Assembly (NCBI GenBank): GCA_963847185.1
Contig: CAWJYV010000001.1
Coordinates: 224,001 to 288,000 of the forward strand
Direction: 5' to 3'
Origin: an uncultured Methanosarcinaceae archaeon
Lineage (GTDB): Archaea; Halobacteriota; Methanosarcinia; Methanosarcinales; Methanosarcinaceae
DNA: 64,000 nt
Position numbers and translations under genes: made by a program. Positions within the stretch are counted from its first letter, which is position 1, and every line of letters begins with the position of its first letter. Shown one piece after another: positions 20,581 to 32,429 of the stretch. Below the pieces are notes generated by a model that searched no databases, had not been told where the DNA came from, and saw nothing but the letters and a program-made list of their open reading frames with translations.

Positions 20581-21528
20581 TTAATGCTCCAGAACCCTGG
20601 AGCAGTCAGTTTTTTTCTCCAAAAATACAACTGTGTTATATGCAGGAGGCTCGGGCTGTACTCTCTGTTCTTCAAAGCCTTGATGAAAATCAAAGAGAAT
20701 ATTTCTGCTTAGCAGTCTCATTAGCCCTTTCTCATAGATTCTGTAAGAAATCCTGCATCCAGCTGGCACTATCTTCAAAAGGTAATCAAGAATTTCTTTT
20801 TTAGGCTCGGCTTGCGCAGCTATCATAATGGCTTTGGCACCTGAATCAGAATTTATTAGATCAGCCGAACTAAGTGAAAAATGGTTTCCATTTATTATAT
20901 TGATATCTTCCGAAAGCCCCAGCCTATAAAGTACCTTTCTTGAGAAGTCTGCACTTGTAAAGTTCTTTTCTAACCCTATGCTTCTTATTCCGTACTGCTT
21001 AAGAAAAACAATGAGAGTCAAAGGAAGAGGTCCACTACCAAGAAATAAAACTCTGTCCCCGGGTTTTAGTCTAAAACCTTCGTATTCTGTCCTAACCAAC
21101 CTGAGATAGTTCTTGTAAAAGGGAAATCTCTCAAGGATGTCCCATGGTGATTGACTAGCAAGAATTTGATTTGCATACTGGGTTTCGAGCCTCACAGTAT
21201 ACAGGCTCCTGAACCTGTTTATTTCATCAAAAGCTGGCTCTAATTCCTGCTTTCTAAGAAGATTTAATGTTATATCATTTCCTAAATCCAGAGTGATTAA
21301 AGAATCCAGCTTATGGAACAGTTTCTCAATTTGATCCGAAGGACCATATAAGATATCTCCATCAGACAAAGGTCTAATATCTATATCTAAATTCAAAATT
21401 TCTTCAAGGATTGATTCTTGAAGCTCCAGGCCCTCGCTAACCTTAGTAACCCCGCTAACCTTAATAATTATACAAATCCCCTTATAATACAATGACACCC
21501 CTGGATATATTCCTATTGAGATTTCCAA
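20581..21528 (-). CDS. Nicotianamine synthase-like protein (start uncertain)
   Basis: SPWDILERFPFYKNYLRL, FLGSGPLPLT, AAQAEPK, YNTVV resemble archaeal NAS (MTH675 type). Confidence 0.8.
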   Translation of the reverse strand: MEISIGIYPGVSLYYKGICIIIKVSGVTKVSEGLELQESILEEILNLDIDIRPLSDGDILYGPSDQIEKLFHKLDSLITLDLGNDITLNLLRKQELEPAFDEINRFRSLYTVRLETQYANQILASQSPWDILERFPFYKNYLRLVRTEYEGFRLKPGDRVLFLGSGPLPLTLIVFLKQYGIRSIGLEKNFTSADFSRKVLYRLGLSEDINIINGNHFSLSSADLINSDSGAKAIMIAAQAEPKKEILDYLLKIVPAGCRISYRIYEKGLMRLLSRNILFDFHQGFEEQRVQPEPPAYNTVVFLEKKTDCSRVLEH

Positions 21529-21683
21529 AGTCTGAGAGCTAAAAAATAGATTTTAGTTATTATGATATAGAAGTCCAGAAAAACCCTGCCAAAAGCCCTA
21601 AAAATATAACCTGGCAGAGTATGGTTGATTAGTTCTGAGAAATGCATATTAACTGGCTTGCCAGATAATATCCTGGAGAGTAT

Positions 21684-22499
21684 ATGAGCGTTTACGAGTG
21701 CAAGACTATTGACATTGCCCCTACGATTTCAAGGCTGTTGAGAGTTCCTATGGTTCCGCCTACAGGCAGGCCGATTCCCGAGATGGAGAACTACGCAAAG
21801 GAAAAAGGCTGCAAAAGAGCTGTGATCATTGTAGTTGACAGTCTTGGATATTCCCTTTACAAGCACTTTTCTCTAATAATGAGGAATTTGACCGGATTTG
21901 CTGAGAAAGGACTTCTCTTTAAATGCAAGTCTCAAGCAACTATAACATCTCCTGCGATTGCGTCAATCTTTACAGGGTACCTGCCAGAAGAACATAAAGT
22001 CTATTCAACAAAGGACATTTATCTCGAAACAGCAAAAGATCCTGAAAATCCCAAACTTAAGAGTATTATGGAATGGGCTTATAGGGCAGGCTTGAAAGCT
22101 TCAGTAGTTATCGAATCTGAAGGTGCAGAAGTTTTCAGGGGGAGGGTAAAAAAATATTACGGAGTTCCGGATTCCGAGGATATCCTGGACTATGACAGCC
22201 AGATAACTGAGTATGCTCTATGTGCTCTCAGGGAAAAAACAGATATTTTGGCCCTGCATCTCAGAACTCTTGACCGTTTTTCCCACAGAGCCGAAAGCTG
22301 GGAGGAAATGAAACAGGCTGCAAAAGCAGTGGATAAAAATTTAGGTGAGATTTTCCGCAGCGCAGAAAAGGGGACAATTTTTTTCATATGTGGAGATCAT
22401 TCAGTTCATGGGGGGAAAAAATGGTTGAAAAATGCAACAGAAGAAGAGGTCAAAAACCACACGGAAAACCTTGTAGCTCTGATAGTGGGTTGTAATTAA
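21684..22499 (+). CDS. Alkaline phosphatase superfamily protein
   Basis: IVVDSLG, TITSPAIASIFTG, DRFSH, GDHSVH. Confidence 0.8.
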   Translation: MSVYECKTIDIAPTISRLLRVPMVPPTGRPIPEMENYAKEKGCKRAVIIVVDSLGYSLYKHFSLIMRNLTGFAEKGLLFKCKSQATITSPAIASIFTGYLPEEHKVYSTKDIYLETAKDPENPKLKSIMEWAYRAGLKASVVIESEGAEVFRGRVKKYYGVPDSEDILDYDSQITEYALCALREKTDILALHLRTLDRFSHRAESWEEMKQAAKAVDKNLGEIFRSAEKGTIFFICGDHSVHGGKKWLKNATEEEVKNHTENLVALIVGCN

Positions 22500-22536
22500 G
22501 AAGCCACTTTTGCCGCATTTTTTCTCTTCTTCTAAT

Positions 22537-24405
22537 TTATTTTTTCTTGCTTCTCTTGAGCACAAAAATGATGGAAACGATTCCAAGCATTTCCAGGGCC
22601 AGTGTAAACCAGAGAAGATTTTTTATATCAGTTTTAAATGCTGAGCTCTCTATGAAATTTTTAGCATTTTCTCCATTTCTGAGAACTTCATGCTCTATTG
22701 CAGATTTCAATTCTGCAGGAGGTCTGGTGCCAACAACAGATAAAGCAAAGTTCTCCGCAGACTCAAGATGTTCTTTGCTGAGAATTTTTGTACTTTTATC
22801 CTCTTCTCCACTTTTTGAGTTTGAGTTTTCCTCATCTGCTGCATTAGTTACCGCATCATTAGTATTATAATTATCTTGAGAATAAAAAACACTATCTGTA
22901 CCAGAGGTGCTATTGGCGTCTTCAACCTTAACTAAATTCATAATTTCCTTTAAATCGTTACCATATTCATTACTGACTTTCAGGCTCACAGTGTAATTTC
23001 CTGGAGTTGTGTAAGTGTGTACAGGACTTTTTTTAGTGGACTGATTTCCATCCCCAAAGTCCCATGTCCAGTCAATGGCATTTTCTGAAAGATCAACAAA
23101 GTCAACCGTAAGAGGAGCCTTTCCTGTGGTTACACTGGCACTGAATTTGGCCTCAGGAACTGATGTCGGAGTAGGTTTTAAAACAGTTATAACAGTACAT
23201 GTGGAAGAACTACCATTAGGATTCTTTACTCTCAGAGATACTGTATAGTTTCCTGGACAACAAAAGGTATGTCTTGGAGTTAAACAGGAGGAACTCTTCC
23301 CATCCCCAAAACTCCAATCCAGAGAATCCGCGTTTTCTGAAAAATCAACAAACTGAACAGTAAGAGGAACGTACCCACTTGTGACATTGACACTGAATTT
23401 GGCTTCAGGGAGTGCTGGAACGGACGGATCCTGGGCTTTCAAAACAATTATCGTTACATTTGTAGAGTCACTACCGTTTTCATTTGTAACATTCAGGGTA
23501 ACTGTATAAGTACCCTCTTTGATAAATGTATGAAGAATATCAGACCTATTAAAGAGATCAGATGAGTTTGAGACTGCCATGTCTCCAAAACTCCACGCTA
23601 AAGATGTAGCGTCCTCTGAAAAGTCTGTAAATTCTACTGTAAGAGGAGAATATCCGACTGTCACGTTGGAAGTGAAGATAGCCTCAGGAAATACAGGAGA
23701 TTTTGGAGTAAAATTAATTAGTGGCCTGTAATCCATACTATCTATCTGGTGATTAATGATATACAGCGTATCTCCGATGCCGTCTCCGTCTTTGTCCTTG
23801 CCTGTATAGTCGCTCCAGTAATTTCCTTCGGTAAGATTCCAGCTGTTAAGTTTATCGTCTACGACATTATTCGTATTGTTAAAACAGTTTTTATAGATTG
23901 TATTGCCTGTAGAACTCACCAACTTGATCCCACAGTTTATGTTAGAATACACAGTATTATCGTGCAGCGTATTATTGTTTGACTTATAAAGGCAGACTCC
24001 GATCTCGTTTTCTGATACATTATTGTTGTTAATCACGCAATTTTGAACACTATTGAGATAAATCCCGCAGTGTCCGCCAGTTATTGAGAACCCGTTAATT
24101 GTTACATTGACAGCAGTTATCTCGAATGCTTTGCTTTCGATTTCCTCACTTCTAATTAGAGTATTATCTGGATTTTGTGATTCAGACGTTATTGTCAGGT
24201 TATCCTGATTGATTTGAATACTCTCATTGTATACCCCTGGCTTCACAAAGATGGTATCTCCCGAAGATGCCACATTTACTGCAGCCTGGATGGACTCTCC
24301 TGGTGAAACATAAATGAATTCTGCGGCTCCGGTTTCTTGGATAGTGACCGGAGCCAAAAATATTAAGAATAGGCAGACCCATCTGAAAGTTCGAATTTTT
24401 GTCAT
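22537..24405 (-). CDS. Cell-surface protein: NosD/CASH beta-helix plus three PKD domains
   Basis: SIQAAV, GNYWSDY.G.D.DGDGIGD, three W.FGD PKD units, C-terminal TM anchor with basic tail. Confidence 0.92.
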   Translation of the reverse strand: MTKIRTFRWVCLFLIFLAPVTIQETGAAEFIYVSPGESIQAAVNVASSGDTIFVKPGVYNESIQINQDNLTITSESQNPDNTLIRSEEIESKAFEITAVNVTINGFSITGGHCGIYLNSVQNCVINNNNVSENEIGVCLYKSNNNTLHDNTVYSNINCGIKLVSSTGNTIYKNCFNNTNNVVDDKLNSWNLTEGNYWSDYTGKDKDGDGIGDTLYIINHQIDSMDYRPLINFTPKSPVFPEAIFTSNVTVGYSPLTVEFTDFSEDATSLAWSFGDMAVSNSSDLFNRSDILHTFIKEGTYTVTLNVTNENGSDSTNVTIIVLKAQDPSVPALPEAKFSVNVTSGYVPLTVQFVDFSENADSLDWSFGDGKSSSCLTPRHTFCCPGNYTVSLRVKNPNGSSSTCTVITVLKPTPTSVPEAKFSASVTTGKAPLTVDFVDLSENAIDWTWDFGDGNQSTKKSPVHTYTTPGNYTVSLKVSNEYGNDLKEIMNLVKVEDANSTSGTDSVFYSQDNYNTNDAVTNAADEENSNSKSGEEDKSTKILSKEHLESAENFALSVVGTRPPAELKSAIEHEVLRNGENAKNFIESSAFKTDIKNLLWFTLALEMLGIVSIIFVLKRSKKK

Positions 24406-24683
24406 TTCAACCCGCACATTTATCCAGAAATTCATGAATAATTTTTATAGGATTAGATATAAAATTATTGATTTAAAGAAATATTAGGCGAAAGAAATTA
24501 AAATTAATGTATTTAAAAATGTTTACTGAATAAATCTAAATTTCCTTTTTGTTGCTTCGTGAGATTATTATATAAAAAGGAGCTTATTAATAAATAAGAC
24601 ATTTATCCTAAATAAGGCATTTTATCCTGTGAACAGAGTTTAATTGTCAGAGTAAAGTAGCGGCTCCTGGGGTAAAGTAATGA

Positions 24684-24773
24684 ATTTAAGGGCCAAGGAT
24701 TTAAGGGCCAATGGATTTAAGAGCCAATAGATTTAAGAGCCAATAGATTTAAGAGCCAATAGATTTAAGAGCC
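24684..24773. repeat. 16-bp tandem repeat ATTTAAGAGCCAATAG, ~6 copies
   Basis: Directly visible, no spacers. Confidence 0.9.
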
Positions 24774-24817
24774 CCCTGTGGGTACATAATATTTTTCAAA
24801 TGCATCTTGACCGCTTG

Positions 24818-24864
24818 AAACTCTGTTTCCCTTTAAACTCTGTTTCCCTTTAAACTCTGTTTCC
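24818..24864. repeat. 17-bp tandem repeat AAACTCTGTTTCCCTTT, ~2.8 copies
   Basis: Directly visible. Confidence 0.9.
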
Positions 24865-25126
24865 ATGTGTCTATTTTTCGGTTTAATCTTTCCTGATATT
24901 CAGGCGTTTTCCTTGTATGCAGGCTCAGTTGTAAGTGTCCTGAATAAGTTTTCAATTAATCAAGGAAAATTAAGTAAGCTTGTCAATGATAATATATATT
25001 AATTATAATTCTCAATGTTTCTGGAAGAAATTTACTTACAAAAAGTGTTAAAGCCTGGGTTGAGCACAAAGATTTTTAAGCAAACCTCAAGTTAATTCTT
25101 GAAAATTCAGCTGGAGAAGATGAATA

Positions 25127-25681
25127 ATGCAGGAAAAAATAAAGGAAATTGCAGCTCGAGTCCGTGAAATGAGAGAAATCTCTGAAATCCCGGTAAAAGA
25201 AATGGCAGAGTATTTGCAAGTATCTGATGAAACTTACCAGAATTTCGAAAGTGGAAATGAAGATATTCCGGCAAGTATACTGTTCGAACTTGCACATAAG
25301 CTGAACGTGGACATGGCTACTCTCCTTACAGGAGAAGAACCACGTATGAATATCTTTACGGTCACACGGAATGGAAAAGGCGTCAGTGTAGAGAGAAGAA
25401 AACAGTATAAATATCAGAATCTCGTCGAGAAATTCGTCCACAAAAAAGCCGAATTTTTCATCGTTTCAGTCGAGCCCAAACTTTCTGGGGCAAAGCCGGA
25501 CACAAATTCCCATCCTGGACAGGAATTTAACTACGTGCTCGAGGGAAGTTTGAAGGTATATATTCACAATAATGAAATTATTCTGAATGAAGGAGACTCA
25601 ATTTACTTTGATTCCAATTACGAACATGCTATGGAAGCCATGGAAGGAGAACCCGCTAAGTTCCTGGCAGTGATATTGTGA
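25127..25681 (+). CDS. XRE-family HTH regulator with cupin domain
   Basis: N-terminal HTH; [12 protein letters not shown]...GDSIYFDS..H. Confidence 0.9.
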   Translation: MQEKIKEIAARVREMREISEIPVKEMAEYLQVSDETYQNFESGNEDIPASILFELAHKLNVDMATLLTGEEPRMNIFTVTRNGKGVSVERRKQYKYQNLVEKFVHKKAEFFIVSVEPKLSGAKPDTNSHPGQEFNYVLEGSLKVYIHNNEIILNEGDSIYFDSNYEHAMEAMEGEPAKFLAVIL

Positions 25682-25812
25682 ATCTATCTGATATCTAACA
25701 AATTCGACATGAATCATAAATCCACTAAATACTATTGAAATCCAAAACGGGCCCTAAAGCCTTCTAAACTACACAAACATAAAAATAAAGGTAAATAAAA
25801 CGGGTGTCCACA

Positions 25813-27486
25813 ATGACTTCCTTGCTGAGCCAATTTGTTTCCAAAACCGATTTTGAATCTTATGAGGATTTCCAGGAAAATCTCAAAATCCTGGTTCCTG
25901 AAAACTTCAACTTTGCTTATGATATCGTCGATGCCTACGCAAGAGACGATCCTGAAAAAATTGCTATGATCTGGTGTGACGATAACGGGGAAGAAAGAAC
26001 CTTCACTTTCAGAGACCTCAAGTACTACAGTGATAAAGCTGCAAATTACTTTTTGAAGCATGGGATAGGCAAAGGCGACTATGTAATGCTCACCTTAAAG
26101 AGCCGCTATGAGTTCTGGTACTGTATCCTGGGACTGCACAAGCTGGGAGCTATTGCCGTGCCTGCAACCCACATGCTCAAAACACGAGATATCGTGTACA
26201 GGATTGAAAAAGCCGGCCTGAAAATGATTGTCTGCATTTCAGAGGACGGAGTTCCTGAACAGATGGACGAAGCTCATTCCCAGTGCGAAGATGTCCCGCT
26301 TAAAAAAGCAGTTATTGGAGGAAAACTCAGGGAAGGCTGGATTGATTTCAAAAAAGAGCTTGAGGAAGCTTCTCCAGATTTCGAGCGGCCTACAGGAGAG
26401 AATGCTACTAAAAATGAGGACATTTCTCTGGTCTATTTCTCTTCAGGAACGGCTGGCTTCCCTAAAATGGTAGAGCACGACTTTACCTATCCTCTTGGAC
26501 ATATTCTTACCGCAAAATACTGGCAGAATGTTGAGGATAACGGGCTGCATTATACAGTTGCAGACAGCGGCTGGGGAAAATGCGTATGGGGCAAAATCTA
26601 TGGCCAGTGGATAGCAGGCTGTGCGGTCTTTGTCTATGATTACGACCGGTTTGAAGCCAAAAATATGCTTGAAAAAGCCTCAAAATTCGGAGTCACAACT
26701 TTCTGTGCCCCTCCAACAATCTACCGCTTCCTGATTAAGGAAGACCTTAGCAAGTATGAATTCGGTACTCTGAAATATGCAGTCGTTGCAGGTGAACCTC
26801 TCAACCCTGAAGTGTTTAACCGTTTCCTTGAATACACAGGCATAAAGCTTATGGAAGGGTTTGGGCAGACTGAAACTGTTGTCACTATTGCAACTTTCCC
26901 CTGGATGGAACCAAAACCCGGATCTATCGGAAAACCGACTCCCGGATATAAGGTTGAACTTATGGACAGGGACGGCAGGCTCTGTGAGGTAGGGGAAGAA
27001 GGAGAAATAGTTATCAACACAAAGGAAGAAAAGCCTGTTGGACTCTTTGTACATTATGGAAAGGATCCTGAAAAGACTGAAGAAACCTGGCATGATGGCT
27101 ACTATCATACAGGAGACATGGCCTGGATGGACGAAGACGGCTATCTCTGGTTTGTGGGAAGAGCTGACGATATTATCAAGACTTCAGGATACAAGGTAGG
27201 ACCTTTTGAAGTTGAAAGTGCCCTCATCCAGCACCCTGCAGTACTTGAATGTGCAATTACAGGAGTTCCAGATGCTGTAAGAGGTCAGGTTATTAAGGCG
27301 ACTGTCGTGCTCACCAAAAATTACACTGCAGGAGAAGCACTTAAAAAAGAGTTGCAAGAGCACGTAAAAAAGGTTACAGCTCCCTACAAGTACCCTCGTA
27401 TCATAGAGTTTGTGGATGAACTTCCAAAGACGATCAGCGGTAAAATCCGAAGGGTTGAAATTAGGGAAAATGATCAGGTTCAATAA
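25813..27486 (+). CDS. AMP-forming acyl-CoA synthetase
   Basis: [38 protein letters not shown]. Confidence 0.93.
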   Translation: MTSLLSQFVSKTDFESYEDFQENLKILVPENFNFAYDIVDAYARDDPEKIAMIWCDDNGEERTFTFRDLKYYSDKAANYFLKHGIGKGDYVMLTLKSRYEFWYCILGLHKLGAIAVPATHMLKTRDIVYRIEKAGLKMIVCISEDGVPEQMDEAHSQCEDVPLKKAVIGGKLREGWIDFKKELEEASPDFERPTGENATKNEDISLVYFSSGTAGFPKMVEHDFTYPLGHILTAKYWQNVEDNGLHYTVADSGWGKCVWGKIYGQWIAGCAVFVYDYDRFEAKNMLEKASKFGVTTFCAPPTIYRFLIKEDLSKYEFGTLKYAVVAGEPLNPEVFNRFLEYTGIKLMEGFGQTETVVTIATFPWMEPKPGSIGKPTPGYKVELMDRDGRLCEVGEEGEIVINTKEEKPVGLFVHYGKDPEKTEETWHDGYYHTGDMAWMDEDGYLWFVGRADDIIKTSGYKVGPFEVESALIQHPAVLECAITGVPDAVRGQVIKATVVLTKNYTAGEALKKELQEHVKKVTAPYKYPRIIEFVDELPKTISGKIRRVEIRENDQVQ

Positions 27487-27978
27487 ATAAGAGCTAATAG
27501 TAGTATAGTTCGGAACAGTTCAGTTCGGAACAGTTTAAAGCTTCTGAAGAATCCGAAAGGGCTTCTGAAGAATCAGACCGAGCTTTAGAAATCCAGATGC
27601 CTTTCCTCAAGAAGGAAAGGCAATATAAAATCAGGGAAAAGCTTTAGATTATATTATAAAGAGCGAAAAGAAAGGAAAGAATTAAGTACCTTTAACTTTT
27701 TCTGAAACGTTTGCTCTGAAAACCTACAGTTCTGGACTTACTTTACGTCTTAATCTTAGTTTTACCTTAATTCACGGAAATAAACAATTATACGGTTTGA
27801 AAAAACCACTTTAAACGACAGGTTTTCTTTCTGTCACACAAAATTTGTTCGAAAAAAAGAACTGGAAGGTCCGGTAAAATGATTGAAAGAATAGATCCGG
27901 ATAGTCCTTAAGCCCAGGGACAAACCTGAAACCGAAAGAGTCCTGAAGGCGACTAAATTAACAAACTGAGGCTCCGAT

Positions 27979-28227
27979 ATGACAAAGAGCGATAAAAAAG
28001 AACCATATCCTATTATCAATACTCTGGAATGCAAAGCCTGCGGGCGCTGCCTCCTCGCCTGCCCGAAAGACGTACTTTTCATGAGTGAGAGCCTGAATGC
28101 TCGAGGCTACCATTACATCGAATATAAAGGAGAGGGCTGTTCAGGATGTTTGAGCTGTTATTACACTTGCCCTGAGCCTCTTGCAATAGAAATTCACATT
28201 CCACTGAAAGGTGAGGAAGCCAGGTAA
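27979..28227 (+). CDS. vorC: 2-ketoisovalerate:ferredoxin oxidoreductase 2x[4Fe-4S] subunit
   Basis: [12 protein letters not shown] and [12 protein letters not shown]; first gene of the vor operon. Confidence 0.8.
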   Translation: MTKSDKKEPYPIINTLECKACGRCLLACPKDVLFMSESLNARGYHYIEYKGEGCSGCLSCYYTCPEPLAIEIHIPLKGEEAR

Positions 28228-28247
28228 GGCAGAAAAGGAGGAAAAAG

Positions 28248-29303
28248 ATGGCAACACAACTCGTAAAAGGTAATTCTGCAATAGTCGTCGGAGCACTTTA
28301 TGCTGGATGTGACTGTTTTTTCGGATATCCCATCACCCCGGCAAGTGAGATTCTTCACGATGCATCCAACTACTTCCCAAAAATTGGGAGAAAATTCGTC
28401 CAGGCCGAATCCGAAGAAGCAGCTATTAATATGGTCTACGGAGGAGCATCTGCAGGGCACAGAGTCATGACATCCTCTTCCGGCCCCGGAATCAGCCTGA
28501 TGCAGGAAGGACTCTCCTACCTTGCAGGTGCAGAGCTTCCCTGCGTACTTATAGATATCATGAGGGCAGGGCCCGGTCTTGGGAACATAGGGCCTGAGCA
28601 GGCAGACTACAACCAGGTGGTAAAAGGCGGAGGGCATGGGAACTACAAAAATATCGTGCTTGCTCCAAATTCCGTACAGGAGATGTGCGACTTTACAATG
28701 AAGGCTTTTGAGCTTGCCTTCAAATATAGAAACCCTGCTGTAGTACTCGCAGACGGGGTGCTAGGCCAGATGATCGAGTCTCTTGAGTTTCCGGAAGAAG
28801 CTACTATCCCTGAGATTGATACTACCTGGGCGGTTAACGGAACGGCCGAAACAAGGCTTAACTTGATAACTTCAATCTTTCTGGACTTTAGTGAACTTGA
28901 GAGCTTTAATGAGAGGCTACAGGCAAAATACGAGCTGATCAGGCAGAATGAAGTGGATTATGAAGAATACCTTACTGGAGATGCCTCAATTGTCCTTGTT
29001 TCCTACGGAATCAGCAGTAGAATTTGCAGGTCAGCCGTGGATCTTGCCAGGAAGGAAGGCATTAAAGTAGGGCTTTTCAGGCCGAAAACTCTCTTCCCAT
29101 TCCCTGAAGCACAGTTGAAAGCTCATGCAAATAAAGGATGCTCTTTCATAGCCGTGGAAATGAGCAATGGGCAGATGAGAGACGATATCAAGCTTGCAAT
29201 CGGTTGTTCACAACCTGTAGAGCTGGTAAACCGTATGGGAGGAAACCTGATAACTCTTGATCAGATAATGGATAAAATCCGAAAAGCCGCAGGGGAGGTA
29301 TGA
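28248..29303 (+). CDS. vorB: 2-ketoisovalerate:ferredoxin oxidoreductase subunit (alpha type)
   Basis: [35 protein letters not shown]. Confidence 0.88.
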   Translation: MATQLVKGNSAIVVGALYAGCDCFFGYPITPASEILHDASNYFPKIGRKFVQAESEEAAINMVYGGASAGHRVMTSSSGPGISLMQEGLSYLAGAELPCVLIDIMRAGPGLGNIGPEQADYNQVVKGGGHGNYKNIVLAPNSVQEMCDFTMKAFELAFKYRNPAVVLADGVLGQMIESLEFPEEATIPEIDTTWAVNGTAETRLNLITSIFLDFSELESFNERLQAKYELIRQNEVDYEEYLTGDASIVLVSYGISSRICRSAVDLARKEGIKVGLFRPKTLFPFPEAQLKAHANKGCSFIAVEMSNGQMRDDIKLAIGCSQPVELVNRMGGNLITLDQIMDKIRKAAGEV

Positions 29304-30751
29304 AAATGGGATCAGAAATAATTAACGGTGAAAAAGTTATCGGAAGGCCGAAAGCCCTCTACGCGGAATATCCACGTAAAGGAGGGGCAGCCCCGACAGC
29401 CACTCACTACTGCCCTGGCTGCGGGCATGGGGTTCTGCACAAACTTATTGCCGAGGCAATTGATGATCTGGGAATTCAGAACAGGACAGTTACAATCAGC
29501 CCTGTGGGCTGTGCAGTTTTTGCTTACTATTATTTTGACACAGGTAATATCCAGGTAGCTCATGGGCGTGCTCCTGCTGTAGGGACAGGGGTTTCAAGAG
29601 CAGAAGAAAATGCTGTGGTTATTTCTTATCAGGGGGATGGAGATCTTGCCTCTATCGGCCTGAATGAGACTCTTCAGGCGGCAAACAGAGGGGAAAAGCT
29701 TGCAGTCTTTTTCGTAAACAACACGGTTTACGGAATGACAGGCGGACAGATGGCTCCCACAACCCTTGTTGGAGAAAAGACTACCACATGCCCTGAGGGC
29801 CGAGATCCCCGTTTTGCAGGCTATCCTATTCATATGTGCGAGCTTCTGGACAATCTGAAAGCTCCTGTCTTTATCGAGAGAGTCTCGGTCTCTGACATTT
29901 CTCACATTAGAAAAGCCAGAAAAGCTGTGCGAAAAGCTCTTGAAATCCAGCGTGACGGTAAAGGATATACTTTTGTCGAAGTCCTTGCAGCCTGCCCGAC
30001 TAACCTCAAAATGGATGCACAGCAAGCTATCGATTTCATTAATGAGGAAATGGAAAAGGAATTCCCTCTTAAGAACTTCAGAGATAAATCCGAAGAAGCC
30101 GAGTTTCTGTGCCGTGGCGTAAGTGACTTCACAACTGAAACTCTGAATAAACTTTACGGTCTTGAGACAGATATCGAAGAGAAACCTGTAAGAACCGATT
30201 TTGCCCCTATCCAGACCAAGATTGCAGGATTTGGTGGGCAGGGAGTTCTTAGCATGGGTATAATCCTGGCCCAGGCCGGAGTAAAGGCAAACCTGAATGC
30301 TTCCTGGTTCCCGTCTTACGGTCCTGAACAGCGTGGAGGTACCTCTAACTGTTCGGTTGTGATTTCAGGCCAGTCCATAGGTTCTCCTACGGTTTATACC
30401 CCTGATATCCTTATAGCCATGAACCGTCCATCTCTTGAAAGGTTTGAAGGAGCAGTTAGAGAAGGAGGCTTTATCCTCTACGACTCATCCATTGGTGAAG
30501 CCGAAACACCTGCAGGTGTCAAGGCCATTCCAGTCCCTGCCACTGAAAAAGCTAAGGAAGCAGGAGATGAAAGGGCTGCCAATTCCTTCATGCTCGGAGT
30601 CCTTATGGGTATCAATGCAACGGGCCTGGAGGAAGAAGCCTTTAAGGGAGCTCTTGCTGAAAACTTTGCTGGCAAACCCAAGGTTATCGAGTTTAATCAG
30701 ATGGTGCTTGAAGAGGGCGCAAAGTGGGCAAGAAAATACGTTAAGTTCTAA
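29300..30751 (+). CDS. vorA: 2-ketoisovalerate:ferredoxin oxidoreductase subunit (beta-gamma fusion)
   Basis: [11 protein letters not shown]...NN TPP motif, then GFGGQG and YGPEQRGG. Confidence 0.88.
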   Translation: MKMGSEIINGEKVIGRPKALYAEYPRKGGAAPTATHYCPGCGHGVLHKLIAEAIDDLGIQNRTVTISPVGCAVFAYYYFDTGNIQVAHGRAPAVGTGVSRAEENAVVISYQGDGDLASIGLNETLQAANRGEKLAVFFVNNTVYGMTGGQMAPTTLVGEKTTTCPEGRDPRFAGYPIHMCELLDNLKAPVFIERVSVSDISHIRKARKAVRKALEIQRDGKGYTFVEVLAACPTNLKMDAQQAIDFINEEMEKEFPLKNFRDKSEEAEFLCRGVSDFTTETLNKLYGLETDIEEKPVRTDFAPIQTKIAGFGGQGVLSMGIILAQAGVKANLNASWFPSYGPEQRGGTSNCSVVISGQSIGSPTVYTPDILIAMNRPSLERFEGAVREGGFILYDSSIGEAETPAGVKAIPVPATEKAKEAGDERAANSFMLGVLMGINATGLEEEAFKGALAENFAGKPKVIEFNQMVLEEGAKWARKYVKF

Positions 30752-31806
30752 GAAACGTTCTGAGTTACAAGAAAAGCTAAGTGTTTGCAAAGGCAGCAAA
30801 TTTTCCAAACAGGTGGAGGTATATTTTTCTCCGCCTTCGTTCTTTTTCAGAGTTTTTGCACTACCCACTCATATAATTTAACTTTCTATCCTTCCAGCTA
30901 AAATATAGTATCTAATCTTTTTATTGAAGAATAGATTCAGCTTTTTAGAAGGCATCCGTATATTTTTTCGATTTTTTCGGATTGTTTTAGTGATCAAATC
31001 AAAAGCTTTGCATTTAAATTTTTTCTTGCACCAAGGTTTGAAACTTGTACTTAAAGTCGGGACAATATGGCACTCTAAATTCAAATTCGATGTAAAAAAG
31101 TGTCGTTTGTATAATTCACCTATAAAATTTACCCATTTTCAAAAAAGGTATTTCTGTGTTAATCGGTTGATATTATTCTGAATCCACAACGGGAATCTTT
31201 TTTTCTACTCTACTCTTTGCAGGGTTGAACTTTTCTCGTCTGCAACGTAAAAAAGTAGCAGCTGAATTCATACTGTTATCAGAATAAACTGAATTCAAAA
31301 CTCTCTTCCCTGTCCGAAGAATACTTTTCTTAATCTCTGGAACTTCATAAAATTCATAGATAAATATAAGCGCCCCCGCCAGCTTGTCTGGCGGCCCTGA
31401 AAAAAGCAGAAAAAGGAAAAAAAGCAGAAAGTTATTAGTTTTCCCTGTCAATTTTATATGTTAGTTCTTTGAAGGGGGTACAGGTCGTTTTTTACTTGCG
31501 GGGTTATTTATATTCTTTTTTTCTTTCTGGGGATGCCCGCTCTCCTGCGTCGAGCGTGACAAGAACGACGCAGTAGGGAGAATAGGGATGTAAGGGTAAA
31601 AATTCAAGAATGTGAGTAAGAATTGTTTTTTCCAAAAATATAAACCATGTAAAGGTGGACGACCTAATAGAAAAGCTTTTTAATATACACTGAAGTGCAT
31701 TTTGAAATCTTATGTAAGTCGAAAAGAAATGAATTTTTACTTAACTATATGTGGAATCCGTAAGGTCATTCCCAAAAACGTATTCACCGAAAACGTACTC
31801 ATTTTG

Positions 31807-31995
31807 TCAGTTAACTGCTTCGGTTACAACTGCTTCGGTTATCGTGTTATCCAGTTCTTGGATTTCCTTTTCTAAGTTATCCAGCTTCACCTTCAGTTCA
31901 TTTACCCTATTTCTCATTTCCGCTTTTTTTAATCTGGATTTATCGCTGTTTTCCCTGAATATTATTCCCAATTCCGATCGAGTCTCCCAATCCAT
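31807..31995 (-). CDS. Small coiled-coil hypothetical protein
   Basis: RBS AAAGGTGG before MDWETRS; heptad pattern. Confidence 0.6.
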   Translation of the reverse strand: MDWETRSELGIIFRENSDKSRLKKAEMRNRVNELKVKLDNLEKEIQELDNTITEAVVTEAVN

Positions 31996-32429
31996 TGAAC
32001 CACCTTTCAAGAAATGAACTCAATTAGATATATAAGCTACGAATTTGGCTTTTTATTTTAAGCGGGTGATAATATTAGTGTCAGCTGACTGACTGATAGG
32101 GTCGTGATCACTTGTGGGGCAGTTTCTGGGTGCGGGTTACTGACAATAAAAAGAGTCATAGAAACAGGAAATAGGTGGGATTAGCCCACAAACATTTTTT
32201 CCGGGTATTGAAACGTAATCACTATAAATAACGTTTAATCTGAGACCCAATTCCAGTATTCTGGAGTCAGGAATGAAAAAATTAAACTAATTAATGTCTG
32301 AGCAGCCAGCTTTCTCTAGTTTTTTCTTCTGAAACGCAACCTCTAAAAGTAAAAAACACTTTCTTAATTAAACGAGTTATACAGTTCTCATGATACGAGC
32401 GTTGATTCATTTCATCAGGAGGCATTTAA

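Noticed and set aside
24684-24864. Possible CRISPR array
   Set aside because: Repeats are 16-17 bp and contiguous with no unique spacers
30878-31451. Short ORFs downstream of vorA
   Set aside because: Low-complexity AT-rich translations without RBS or motifs
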